A stretch of 56,158 nucleotides of DNA, taken from positions 1 to 56,158 of the forward strand of contig CALKWM010000003.1 in NCBI GenBank assembly GCA_938004065.1, written 5' to 3'. Position numbers and translations under genes: made by a program. This document shows positions 1-9,259 of the stretch, in pieces. Source of the DNA: an uncultured bacterium (GTDB lineage Bacteria > Patescibacteriota > JAHJAL01). The notes beneath the pieces are model-generated. The model made no database searches, was not told where the DNA came from, and saw only the letters and a list, made by a program, of their open reading frames with translations. Numbering within the stretch: the first letter of the stretch is position 1; every line of letters starts with the position of its first letter.

Positions 1-133
1 TCTTCCTCTACCTCCGGCTTTACCTCTTCAATTTTTTCCTCTTTTGGCTCTACTTTTGGTTCCACCTCAGGTTGAGGTTCTTCCTCTACCTCCGGCTTTA
101 CCTCTTCAATTTTTTCCTCTTTTGGCTCTACTT
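1..133 (-). repeat. 55-nt perfect direct repeat, offset 78 nt (26 codons), inside the truncated CDS
   Basis: Positions 1-55 are identical to 79-133. The offset is a multiple of 3, so it encodes an in-frame 26-aa repeat (EPKEEKIEEVKPEVEEE...). Confidence 0.9.
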
Positions 134-248
134 CAACTTTCAAATCTACAGGCAAAATCACTACTTTTCTTGCCTCAACAGTTACAGAAACTTCTCTATC
201 AAAAATTATTTCTACCAAAGCCCCTTCAGTCATTAACCGAAAATTCAT
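1..248 (-). CDS. 5' part of a CDS running off the left edge; acidic Glu/Lys/Pro/Val-rich repeat protein
   Basis: The reverse complement reads GGAGGTG, a 9-nt spacer, then ATG (248-246). It continues MNFRLMTEGALVEIIFDREVSVTVEARKVVILPVDLKVEVEPKEEKIEEVKPEVEEE... and stays open to position 1. It is absent from the ORF track because the window edge truncates it. Confidence 0.5.
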   Translation of the reverse strand, partial: MNFRLMTEGALVEIIFDREVSVTVEARKVVILPVDLKVEVEPKEEKIEEVKPEVEEEPQPEVEPKVEPKEEKIEEVKPEVEE

Positions 249-450
249 CTTCTTCTTCACCTCCTTTTTGTTAAAGTCCAAGTTTTTGAGAAATATTCAC
301 ACCTTTAAACATACGATTATCAATAACAATATGTCAATTTTCGCGTTTCCAACATGACTGATATAATATATACACTGATCCAAAAAATCATTACTCATAA
401 TCATCGCTATGTATTACTCAACATTCTTAAATATCATTAATTAATTCCAA

Positions 451-1926
451 GTGAACAAAAAAGTCGCACAATATATAAATTCCATCAAAGGTAAAAATAT
501 TCACATAGTCGGCACCAGCGGCGCCGAAGGCGCCGCCATTATCAATTTTCTATACAAAAATGGGATCAAGACAATTACCGCCCACGATTTCCAACCCGAT
601 CTTCCCTCTTTTCGCAAAAGGTTCAAACAAACCAACTCCACACTTACTCCCAAACAACGAGCAAAAATACTCAAAAACATTATCAATAACGATATCAAGC
701 TTCACCTCAAAGATAGCTACCTTGAAAACATCCTAGATGCCGATTTAATATTCCTAACTTCCGCCTGGTATATTTACCCACCCAACTTTCCCAAAATTCA
801 GCAAGCAATTGACAAAAAAATTGCCATCTCCGGCCTCACCAAATTATACTTTGATCTCGCCCCCTGCCCTATCATCGGTATTACCGGCAGTCAGGGCAAA
901 TCAACCGTTACCACGCTAGTCACCAAACTAATGCAAAATTCCGGTAAAAAAATATATGTTGGTGGCAATATTCGTGATATATACGATCAACTTCTGGAAA
1001 AAATCGATCAAATCAAAAAAGACAATTATATCATACTGGAAATCAGTAATCGTCAATTAACCATTGATCTGCAAACCAGTCCTCACATTGCAACTATTAC
1101 CAACATATACCCCAATCACATCGAGGAACACGGATCATATCACAAATACAAACAAATCAAAGAATCAATTCTCAAACATCAAACTCACAAAGATTTTGCC
1201 ATTTTAAACTACGACAATCCCATAACTAAAAAACTATCACTTAAATATCCATCCCAAAAAATTTTGTTCAGCACCAGATACCTAAGCCATGGCCCACATA
1301 TCGAAAACGATCAAATTATCTACAAGTCAAAACCGCTAATCAATCTAAATGAAATCAAACTCATCGGCAACCACAATTTATCCAATATTTTAACCGCTCT
1401 AGCCACCATTCAACCTTTAAATCTATCAGCTAAAAAAATCGTTCAAACTCTCAAAAAATTTACCGGTATTCCCCATCGTTTGCAAAAAGTTGCCGTAATC
1501 AAACAAGTCACTTATATCGACGATTTGAAATCATCCACCCCTACCTCTACTCTTGTTGCCCTTAAAGCTATATTAACTAATTTTCCTACCAAATTATTTC
1601 CCACCAATGCACCACCAACAATTCATCTAATCATTGGTGGCAATCATAAAAATGTTAGCTACGAAAAATTAGCTCGATATGTAAACCACAAAAACATCAT
1701 CATCCACACTCTCACCGGTACCGCATCAGATGAACTATTGGCCGAACTCAAGGAAATCAATTCCAAAAATCAAATCATTAAACATCATAATATTTTTTCA
1801 TGTATTGAAAATATCCACATAAATTCCAAACCTGATGATACGGTTCTGCTCTCACCCGCCGGCGCCGAATTTCAGCAATTACACTTGGCCAATAAATACT
1901 CTCTAAAATCACTCATCAAAAAATAA
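451..1926 (+). CDS. murD: UDP-N-acetylmuramoyl-L-alanine--D-glutamate ligase (MurD-type Mur ligase)
   Basis: GTG start. Carries the Mur ligase P-loop GITGSQGKST. The GIPHRLQKV and C-terminal LLSPAGAEF motifs are typical of MurD. Confidence 0.7.
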   Translation: MNKKVAQYINSIKGKNIHIVGTSGAEGAAIINFLYKNGIKTITAHDFQPDLPSFRKRFKQTNSTLTPKQRAKILKNIINNDIKLHLKDSYLENILDADLIFLTSAWYIYPPNFPKIQQAIDKKIAISGLTKLYFDLAPCPIIGITGSQGKSTVTTLVTKLMQNSGKKIYVGGNIRDIYDQLLEKIDQIKKDNYIILEISNRQLTIDLQTSPHIATITNIYPNHIEEHGSYHKYKQIKESILKHQTHKDFAILNYDNPITKKLSLKYPSQKILFSTRYLSHGPHIENDQIIYKSKPLINLNEIKLIGNHNLSNILTALATIQPLNLSAKKIVQTLKKFTGIPHRLQKVAVIKQVTYIDDLKSSTPTSTLVALKAILTNFPTKLFPTNAPPTIHLIIGGNHKNVSYEKLARYVNHKNIIIHTLTGTASDELLAELKEINSKNQIIKHHNIFSCIENIHINSKPDDTVLLSPAGAEFQQLHLANKYSLKSLIKK

Positions 1927-2021
1927 ATAGAATTCAAAATAAAATATCTCCCCACAAATACTTATATAAACAAATTTATATAATAATTTATTACAAAGTA
2001 TTTGCTTGCTTTTTTACTAAA

Positions 2022-2052
2022 AATTGCTGACCAAATTTTTTGATCAGCAATT
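2022..2052. terminator. bidirectional hairpin between convergent murD and the kinase gene
   Basis: aattgctga (2022-2030) pairs with tcagcaatt (2044-2052), with A/T runs on both sides. Confidence 0.6.
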
Positions 2053-2055
2053 ATT

Positions 2056-2838
2056 TTATTTTTCTTTTATTATTTTCAATACCAATAATTCTCTCAGCAT
2101 ATCCTCCACATTCTGATATCGATCATCCGGATTTTCACTTATAGCTCTTTCAACGATGAACAAAAGGCAAATACAAGCATTGCATGTAAAATTTAACCTC
2201 TGAAATGGTTCCGGATTTTCTCTATTCAACATGAACATCATTGTTCTACCCAATGAATAGATATCCGACCGAAAATCAATCCGTCCACGATATTGTTCTC
2301 TTGGAGCATATCCAACTGTACCATAAAACAATCCTGGAGGATATTTTTGACCACTAAAAAAAGACAACCCAAAATCTACTAATCTTATTTTTTTACCTTT
2401 GCCTACCATAATATTATTGGGATTTAAATCTGCATAGACTACTTTTTTTCTATGTAAATATGACAAAATTTTCAATATTTGTATTGAAAAATCTATCACA
2501 TCCATTTGAGTAAACTTCAGTAACTTGCTCAACGCCCTCAGATCACAACCACTTACATACTCGAGTACTATTGCCCAATCTCCATTGTAATACAATGAAT
2601 CATAGTACTTTACAATACCATCATGATTTAATGCCTTTAAAACATATGCTTCATTTTGTAAAATTTTTCTGATGTTATGTTTAGAATCATTTTTATCTAC
2701 CTTTTCAGGTAATGTTTTTAACATAACCAATTTATCCGTCTTTTCATCTTTACCCAAAAAGAATTCGCTCATACCTCCCTTTTTACATGGCCTCAAAACT
2801 CGATATCGGTCCTTAACTAACTTCTCCCCCACTTTCAA
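2056..2838 (-). CDS. Hanks-type Ser/Thr kinase-like protein with a non-canonical catalytic loop
   Basis: Has a Gly-rich loop KKGGMSEFF, a VMLK lysine, DFGLS and GTVGYAPRE. The catalytic loop reads YADLNPNN rather than HRDLKPxN. Confidence 0.75.
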   Translation of the reverse strand: MKVGEKLVKDRYRVLRPCKKGGMSEFFLGKDEKTDKLVMLKTLPEKVDKNDSKHNIRKILQNEAYVLKALNHDGIVKYYDSLYYNGDWAIVLEYVSGCDLRALSKLLKFTQMDVIDFSIQILKILSYLHRKKVVYADLNPNNIMVGKGKKIRLVDFGLSFFSGQKYPPGLFYGTVGYAPREQYRGRIDFRSDIYSLGRTMMFMLNRENPEPFQRLNFTCNACICLLFIVERAISENPDDRYQNVEDMLRELLVLKIIKEK

Positions 2839-3002
2839 ATTTATCCCTCCTTTTTTTTAATATACTTTTTTTACAAAATGATAATACACTTTTTTTTCTC
2901 AAACAACCAAATTTACCTAATATACCATTATCCAAAAAGGTTTAAAAAAAGATTTCAACAACAGTCAAAATCTTTCTTTGCCACTTACATCAAAAAAAAT
3001 AC

Positions 3003-3167
3003 CTATTTTTCCTCTTCCACCAACATTATCTCCACCGGCTCTTTACTTCTTAACTCATGTTCCGCTCCGCAAGATTCACATTCCAAAATATCACCAATTT
3101 CATATATGGCTAAATCAATATAACTCATATCTTCACCGCAATCTTTGCACAATAAAATCATATCCAT
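3003..3167 (-). CDS. unannotated 54-aa zinc-ribbon protein with a LysW-like (amino-group carrier protein) pattern
   Basis: Hand translation gives MDMILLCKDCGEDMSYIDLAIYEIGDILECESCGAEHELRSKEPVEIMLVEEEK, ending at a TAG stop. The pattern CxxCG...GDILxCxxCGAExEL...P...EEE mirrors LysW. It falls below the 60-aa ORF-track cutoff. Confidence 0.45.
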   Translation of the reverse strand: MDMILLCKDCGEDMSYIDLAIYEIGDILECESCGAEHELRSKEPVEIMLVEEEK

Positions 3168-3245
3168 TTTTAAAAAAATTTAAGAATAATCATTATTTTA
3201 AATCTACAAACTCTACTACAATAATTCAAGTACTTTTTTTAACAT

Positions 3246-4307
3246 ATGAAAAGTTTAAAAAGTCTGAAAAGTCTGTTATGTTTGATATGTTTAAAAAGTC
3301 AATTTATAATTCAATACATGACAACATATTGGGATTATCCATTTCATCCTGCCATAAAAAAACAATACCAACTCGACCTCGGTCAGGGCAATACTCCCAT
3401 GTCAAAAGCTCCCGTCAAAATCCAACAATTTACCGGTATTAAAAACCTCTATCTTAAACGTGAAGACCTAAATCCCAACGGCTCTTTCAAAGACCGCGCC
3501 CTCGGCTATCAAATGTCTTATTTGCTCCAAAAACAAGCCAAATACTGTGTTTTGTCCTCATCCGGCAATGCCGCCATCTCCTGCTGCGCCTTTGCCCAAA
3601 AAACAGATATTAAATCAATAATTCTCGTATCTCCAGATATATCCGAAAACAAACTGTCTCAAATAGTCAACCGCAAACCATATTTATTAATCAAATCCAA
3701 AAACGCCCGCCGTTTAGCAAATTATATCAATAAAAAATATAACATTCCTATTCTTAACCCTTCCAAGGATTTAAATGCCAGTATGGGATTTGAAACATTG
3801 GGAATGGAAATTTATAAACAAAATCCCAAATGTGATGCAATTTTTTCCTACTCCACTAGTGGTGCCTCACTACTTGGAATTTTTCAATATTACTTAAAAA
3901 ATAACATCAACCCCCCTCGCTTGATTGGTGTCAAAACATACACAACAAAAATCTCAAGATACCAATCAACATCTCTACCTAGATTTTATTCATTCCCCAA
4001 CAAACAACAAATTATCCAAGCGATTTCTCAAACCAACGGATCACTCTACCAAATCCATCAAGATGAAATCAAACATGGCCAACAAATATTGCATGACATC
4101 GGCATTTCGAGTTCGCAAGAAGGGTCTGCATGTCTTCATGCTGTCAAAGGATATATCGAATCAGCGAAAGAACTAAACGAACCCAAAAAAATCCCTTCAA
4201 ATATTGTTTTGATCATCTCCGGCACCGAACACAAAACCCTCCCAATCGACCCCAAATTTCCCATTCATTCTCTGGAAGCAAAAGAAGAAATTGATAAACT
4301 ACTTTAA
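3246..4307 (+). CDS. PLP-dependent enzyme of the threonine synthase / Trp-synthase beta fold family
   Basis: NPNGSFKDRALGY carries the PLP lysine and SSSGNAAISCCAFA follows. The real start is probably ATG 3318 (MTTYWDYPF), because codons 1-24 lie within the 9-nt repeat array. Confidence 0.75.
   Translation: MKSLKSLKSLLCLICLKSQFIIQYMTTYWDYPFHPAIKKQYQLDLGQGNTPMSKAPVKIQQFTGIKNLYLKREDLNPNGSFKDRALGYQMSYLLQKQAKYCVLSSSGNAAISCCAFAQKTDIKSIILVSPDISENKLSQIVNRKPYLLIKSKNARRLANYINKKYNIPILNPSKDLNASMGFETLGMEIYKQNPKCDAIFSYSTSGASLLGIFQYYLKNNINPPRLIGVKTYTTKISRYQSTSLPRFYSFPNKQQIIQAISQTNGSLYQIHQDEIKHGQQILHDIGISSSQEGSACLHAVKGYIESAKELNEPKKIPSNIVLIISGTEHKTLPIDPKFPIHSLEAKEEIDKLL
3248..3301 (+). repeat. six tandem 9-nt units (gaaaagttt/aaaaagtct/gttatgttt type)
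   Basis: Read directly from the sequence. The array accounts for the MKSLKSLKSLL... start of ORF 3246. Confidence 0.8.
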
Positions 4308-4341
4308 AATAATTTTGGAATAATTATACTTCATTATTACA

Positions 4342-4366
4342 AAAGCGACTTTTTCTAAGTCGCTTT
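4342..4366. terminator. bidirectional hairpin between convergent genes
   Basis: aaagcgactt pairs with aagtcgcttt. Confidence 0.6.
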
Positions 4367-4374
4367 TCTCTGTG

Positions 4375-5826
4375 TTATTTAAATATCAAGTAAAAAACAA
4401 CAAACATCAATGCCCACATAACAATATCAAGATATGAAATAGTACTTTTCAGTTTAAATTTGATATCAACCCAATTTAACACACCAGTCGATTTCAAAAT
4501 AGCCAAAAAGACCATTCCAAATGCATAATTATAAACACTCATCCCTCCTAAATAAAATTTTTGAAACAAAATAATTGACAATGGATAAAATATCCAACTG
4601 AATACTTCAAAAGATTTTTTCCATTTTTTTGCAACTTGTTCCTTCCGTAACAACACCAAATTGTTTATAGTAAAGTAAACCCAGTCAGGTTGATCAGTAT
4701 CTTCCTTTGACTCCAATAGTTTCAAAGATTCTTTATATCTTCCTTTTTGTTTGAATTCAGACACCATATACTCAATCTTGGACCAATGAGCAATTTCAAA
4801 CAAATTATTTTTCTCTTGCATGTCTGAAAGCAAAGATAACAATTGTTTCTTGGCAATTTCTTTGGTTTCTTCAAAACTAAAATACTTTCTAATTTGGCAT
4901 ATTCTTTTGAAATAAAAATCATCAGATGATTTATCTTCTAAAAAAGAATATATGTCATCTATTATTTTTTGACAAACATCTAAATCATTTCTTACCAGCA
5001 GTAATTTTTGACCATCCCTCTTTACACGAAAAATATTTTCTAGATCTTTCTTCATTTGAAACATATCCTGATACCTCTCATCCAATCTGGTATCAGTCGC
5101 TTTTTTTATCACACTCGCTAGTTCTTTATGGGTTTGCGGTCTTATTTTTTCCACCGACCTCACACTCATGATATCTTCAGGTTTGACTTTCGTAAGCAAA
5201 TAATACAACGTCATCCCCAAAGCATATATATCAGATCTCACATCAGCTTTTCCATAATATTGTTCTAAAGGTGAAAAACCCGGCGTACCAATTATTGTCT
5301 GTTTATTTTCTAATTTCTTGGTATTAATACCATCCACAATTTTTCTAGCTATACCAAAATCAATTAGCTTAACTTGTTTATTATCGTTCATCATAATATT
5401 CGATGGCTTCATATCGCGATAAATAATCGGCGGAGATTGATTGTGCAAATATTCTAAAACTTCACAAATTTGAATTCCAATATCGACTACTTCCTGATCG
5501 GTAAAATCTTTTTTCTGCAACATCTCTTCCAGATCAAGACCATCAACAAATTCCATCACTAGAAAATTATTTCCATTCGATTTGAAATAATCCGTAACAC
5601 TCGGCAATCTCACATGATCTATTTTTCCCAAAATCTTTGCTTCTCTCTCAAAAGATTTTTCTATTTCTTCTCTTTCACTCAAATCATTGGAATTAATCAA
5701 CAACATCTTTAAAACACAAATTTTCTCCAAACGTTTGTCATTTATTTTATAAACTGCTCCCATACCACCATTTTTTATTAGTGCAATAATTTCATACCTA
5801 TCATTAACTACATCTCCAATGTTCAT
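4375..5826 (-). CDS. Ser/Thr protein kinase with a C-terminal multi-TM region
   Basis: Canonical motifs are present: GGMGAVY, VLK, YRDMKPSNIMM, DFGIAR and GTPGFSPLEQ. The C-terminal roughly 120 aa are hydrophobic. Confidence 0.85.
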   Translation of the reverse strand: MNIGDVVNDRYEIIALIKNGGMGAVYKINDKRLEKICVLKMLLINSNDLSEREEIEKSFEREAKILGKIDHVRLPSVTDYFKSNGNNFLVMEFVDGLDLEEMLQKKDFTDQEVVDIGIQICEVLEYLHNQSPPIIYRDMKPSNIMMNDNKQVKLIDFGIARKIVDGINTKKLENKQTIIGTPGFSPLEQYYGKADVRSDIYALGMTLYYLLTKVKPEDIMSVRSVEKIRPQTHKELASVIKKATDTRLDERYQDMFQMKKDLENIFRVKRDGQKLLLVRNDLDVCQKIIDDIYSFLEDKSSDDFYFKRICQIRKYFSFEETKEIAKKQLLSLLSDMQEKNNLFEIAHWSKIEYMVSEFKQKGRYKESLKLLESKEDTDQPDWVYFTINNLVLLRKEQVAKKWKKSFEVFSWIFYPLSIILFQKFYLGGMSVYNYAFGMVFLAILKSTGVLNWVDIKFKLKSTISYLDIVMWALMFVVFYLIFK

Positions 5827-6062
5827 CCATATCAGTCCTTTCTAACTAATTTTTAATAATACATTTTTATATCAAAATTATAATACAAAACAGCATCTCA
5901 AACAATATAATCAACAATATTATTCTGGGAAAAAATAATATTATTAAAAACCGTCCCACAAGCAAAAAAAATTTGCTTAAATTAATTTTTATGCAAGAGT
6001 TTGATATGTTCACACTCATTTGATACGTTTGATATGTCAAATCAATCATAATAATTCACCAT

Positions 6063-7493
6063 ATGATATCCGACTCCAAAACAACTCAAAAATTTTTGAA
6101 TTCCACCCTCAACCCCCGTGATTTCTTCTATGTAGTCACTTTTCCCAAAGATGCTCTTGCGATTGAAAATATTTTCCCATACAACATCGTCTGTTTCGAC
6201 AACCACCCCATTGTTGACCTAATATTGGCTGAAAAAATAAACATTTTTTCCCTCGATCGGGAAGCAAAAGACAACCCCAAAAGACGTTCTACCAGTGTTT
6301 TACTAAAACACCCCCAAACTGTCAAATGGATCAATTCCATTTCCCAAAACCCTCATATCATCGTCTTTAAACCTTCCCCTTCCTTGGAAGCAATCTGCCG
6401 ACAAAACAACTGGAAATTAATCGCCAATCCGGCCAAATTGAACCGTCAAATCGAAAATAAAATCAATTTTACTATAATTATCGACAAACTATCATTACCA
6501 CAACCAAAATATATCATTAAAAAACTGAATGAAATAAACTTCAATACAATTTTTAAAGAATTGGGAAATGGTTTTTTCTTGCAATTCCCGCGCGGTTTTG
6601 CCGGCTCTTCAACGTTCCAAATCAAATCCGAAAAAGAATTATCCCAAATTCAATCTGAATATTTAAACTACCCCACCAAATTTTCCACCAAAATCGACGG
6701 ACCAACCTATACCCTCAATGCTTGCGTTACCAAAAACCACCAAACCATCATTCAAAAACCCTTTTTTCAAATAACTAACATACCCGAGCTCAATCCCTCC
6801 CCCGGCGGTACCTGTGGTAATATCTATTCCCACCAATCTTGTTTACCAGAAAACAAATACCTGAAACCATGGGACCAAAATTTATCTAAAATTGAATCAA
6901 TATCATTTTTAAACTCTCCCGACATTTTTAACCAAATCAATCTATCCATAATCAATGACGCAAAAATATTTGGTAATTACCTTTCTTCATTGGGATACCA
7001 AGGAATTTTCGGACTGGATTTCGTCATCGATCAAAATACAGGAAAATACTATTTTATCGAATGCAACCCCCGGTTAACTGCCTCTATTCCCATGATTAGT
7101 AAATTACAAATCAAAAACAACGAAATTCCACTCATCGCCATTCATATACTGGAATTTTCTAACACTCCATATGAATTATCAGAAAATTCCATTCATACAA
7201 TTTCTCAAAACCCAAGTATGGGCTCCCAAATAATATTCCGCAACACCACCCCCAATCCCATCACTCCACCTATAAAACTAGAGAGTGGAATCTATACTCT
7301 CAATCAAACACCGGAAAATATCTACGAACTGCAAGAAATTGTTTTACATCACTCATCAGACATGCTTTTCTTAAGACCGGGCAAAGACATCCAAGACATC
7401 AAAAACGAGCAAGAATTTTTAATCCTTGCTGAACCATCTGACAAAAATATCTCACCCGACATTGAATATCTAAGAATTCAAACCTTGGTTTAA
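6063..7493 (+). CDS. ATP-grasp domain protein (CPSase/PurK-like E-x-N-P-R type), function unknown
   Basis: GIFGLDFVIDQNTGKYYFIECNPRLTAS is a typical ATP-grasp C-terminal Mg/ATP motif. Confidence 0.7.
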   Translation: MISDSKTTQKFLNSTLNPRDFFYVVTFPKDALAIENIFPYNIVCFDNHPIVDLILAEKINIFSLDREAKDNPKRRSTSVLLKHPQTVKWINSISQNPHIIVFKPSPSLEAICRQNNWKLIANPAKLNRQIENKINFTIIIDKLSLPQPKYIIKKLNEINFNTIFKELGNGFFLQFPRGFAGSSTFQIKSEKELSQIQSEYLNYPTKFSTKIDGPTYTLNACVTKNHQTIIQKPFFQITNIPELNPSPGGTCGNIYSHQSCLPENKYLKPWDQNLSKIESISFLNSPDIFNQINLSIINDAKIFGNYLSSLGYQGIFGLDFVIDQNTGKYYFIECNPRLTASIPMISKLQIKNNEIPLIAIHILEFSNTPYELSENSIHTISQNPSMGSQIIFRNTTPNPITPPIKLESGIYTLNQTPENIYELQEIVLHHSSDMLFLRPGKDIQDIKNEQEFLILAEPSDKNISPDIEYLRIQTLV

Positions 7494-7497
7494 TTTT

Positions 7498-7995
7498 CTA
7501 GATTGATTTATCTTTAGCACTGATGATGACATGCTGCACATGTTCCGGACTGGCCACATCTAGAAATCTGATATTTTGCCCGCTACTGGCAGTCAAAATG
7601 TTGACCGTGCCATAGTTAAATACTGTTTGCCACAACCCCTTGATTTCATAGGTGGTGTCTTGGATATTGTCCAAATCCGCTTCACTTACTACTCGATGAA
7701 ATAGTGTCTTTTGATCAAAATCAATCACTCGTCGGTTAGTCAAAATATAAACATCCCACCACCAAATAACAAAGTTATACAAAAGATAGCTCAAAGATGC
7801 TAAAAAAATCACATAACCAAACAACAACAAACCAGTCCCCAACTCTCCTTGATAATACAAAATAACAACCGAAATTATAAAAAATGGAAAAAAAATCGCC
7901 ACCGGCCGAATAAAACTTATCCAGTGTTTATGAAAAACTTTAATCACTTCCTCATCATCTCTCTGACCGCGAAATAATTTCTTCTTGTTTTTCAT
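7498..7995 (-). CDS. membrane protein with a bacterial PH (YdbS/YdbT-like) domain
   Basis: Two TM helices are followed by WWWDVYILTNRRVIDF..., a bPH-like pattern. Confidence 0.5.
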   Translation of the reverse strand: MKNKKKLFRGQRDDEEVIKVFHKHWISFIRPVAIFFPFFIISVVILYYQGELGTGLLLFGYVIFLASLSYLLYNFVIWWWDVYILTNRRVIDFDQKTLFHRVVSEADLDNIQDTTYEIKGLWQTVFNYGTVNILTASSGQNIRFLDVASPEHVQHVIISAKDKSI

Positions 7996-8118
7996 ATTTC
8001 TTTCAAATAATATTTTATATACTTACTGTATCAATTTTCATCAAAAAAACGAAAAAATACTGGATTTATTTTTTCACCAGTATTTTTAAATAGTTTTTGT
8101 TTTTTAAATAGTAGAATA

Positions 8119-8361
8119 TTATACACCTTCTTTCATAAAATATTTTTTATCCCGATTTTTTGCCGTAACAATTTTTTTATAAAAATTATTACATTCTGGA
8201 CATATCAAATAGTGTGTTTCTGCATCAATACAGTCATTTTCGGACAATCCATTTTCTTTCAAATTGTCCAGTTTTGCTTTGATTTTTTCCAACCAGACAC
8301 ATTTGCACCTATTATTTATTTTTGTATCCTCGATCACTCTCACCCAATTTACTATAGTCAT
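8119..8361 (-). CDS. small Cys-rich protein with one H-x3-C-x2-C (zf-HC2 / ZAS-like) motif
   Basis: Contains THYLICPEC. Confidence 0.45.
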   Translation of the reverse strand: MTIVNWVRVIEDTKINNRCKCVWLEKIKAKLDNLKENGLSENDCIDAETHYLICPECNNFYKKIVTAKNRDKKYFMKEGV

Positions 8362-8442
8362 TTTTATTCACCCCCCTTTTTTTTCTTACCATTTTTTAAA
8401 ACAAAAGGTTCGAGACAAATCTCCAACCTTTTTAACAATGCT

Positions 8443-9078
8443 TTATTCTATTTTAATTCTACCACTCCTGTTGCTGATGCAAAAACGGTCGGTATATTCA
8501 TTCAACGAATATACAAATCTGTCATTGCATCCCTGACATAGTAGAAAATGATTTTGCATCAACACCGACGCCTCATCTGAAAGCAAAAAATCTTTGTAAA
8601 AATCTTGGTATTTACAAAAATTTTTACAATCAACATTCCCCCAATTCTCCAAAACAGTATTGGCCTCCTCAACCAATTTCAACAACTTCTCCAATTTTTC
8701 CATACATTTTTTGCAACTTCGGCAATGATTAAGAAAATAACTATACGGTTTTTCTCCATACGACTTGGAAATAATTTTACGGATTTTTTTTATCAAAAAG
8801 AGACAAACTTTTTTTTGTTTATCCAATTCTTGAAAAAATCCATCCTCAAGAGAAATGATTTTTTCTAACTCTTTCGCGGAATTGTATCCAGCCATATAAT
8901 TTGCGCATTTCGCACAATCATATATGTGAAATTCAATCCACCGATATGATTCAGAGTCCAGATTTTGACCACCATTTTTATAATTACCCATCAGTTCTCT
9001 TACCACCTCACAAAGACCACCATTGGAGTTTATCAACTTATTTTGATTCTCCAAACATTTCATTTCTTCCTTAGTCAA
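8443..9078 (-). CDS. protein with three H-x3-C-x2-C (zf-HC2 / ZAS-like) motifs
   Basis: Contains HIYDCAKC, HCRSCKKC and HFLLCQGC. The start is TTG, or the internal ATG of MKCLEN. Confidence 0.55.
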   Translation of the reverse strand: MTKEEMKCLENQNKLINSNGGLCEVVRELMGNYKNGGQNLDSESYRWIEFHIYDCAKCANYMAGYNSAKELEKIISLEDGFFQELDKQKKVCLFLIKKIRKIISKSYGEKPYSYFLNHCRSCKKCMEKLEKLLKLVEEANTVLENWGNVDCKNFCKYQDFYKDFLLSDEASVLMQNHFLLCQGCNDRFVYSLNEYTDRFCISNRSGRIKIE

Positions 9079-9187
9079 AACCCAATCACCGGTAATTTCT
9101 TCAAATTTTTCTCGCTTGATATTAATGGATATTCTCCCCTTTCATAAAATATTTTTTTGTATTAAGTTATTAATCTTCATAAAAAAA

Positions 9188-9259
9188 TACCTCTGGCAGG
9201 AATCGAACCCACAACTACCCCTTAGGACGGGGTTGTTATATCCATTTAACTACAGAGGC
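9188..9259 (-). tRNA. tRNA-Arg(CCT)
   Basis: Hand-folded cloverleaf with anticodon stem ACCCC/GGGGT, loop GTCCTAA and T-loop TTCGATT. Position 1-72 is a G1-U72 pair and no CCA is encoded. Confidence 0.8.

Noticed and set aside
44-274. Plus-strand ORF of 76 aa (MALLLVPPQVEVLPLPP...)
   Set aside because: It is a low-complexity mirror translation of the minus-strand acidic-repeat gene. That minus-strand gene has an RBS, an ATG and a sensible N-terminus.
2878-3442. Plus-strand ORFs of 81 and 154 aa in the kinase/ThrC-like intergenic region
   Set aside because: Their composition is low-complexity and Ser/Phe/Lys-rich and they have no RBS. They overlap the LysW-like ORF (antisense) and the 9-nt repeat array.
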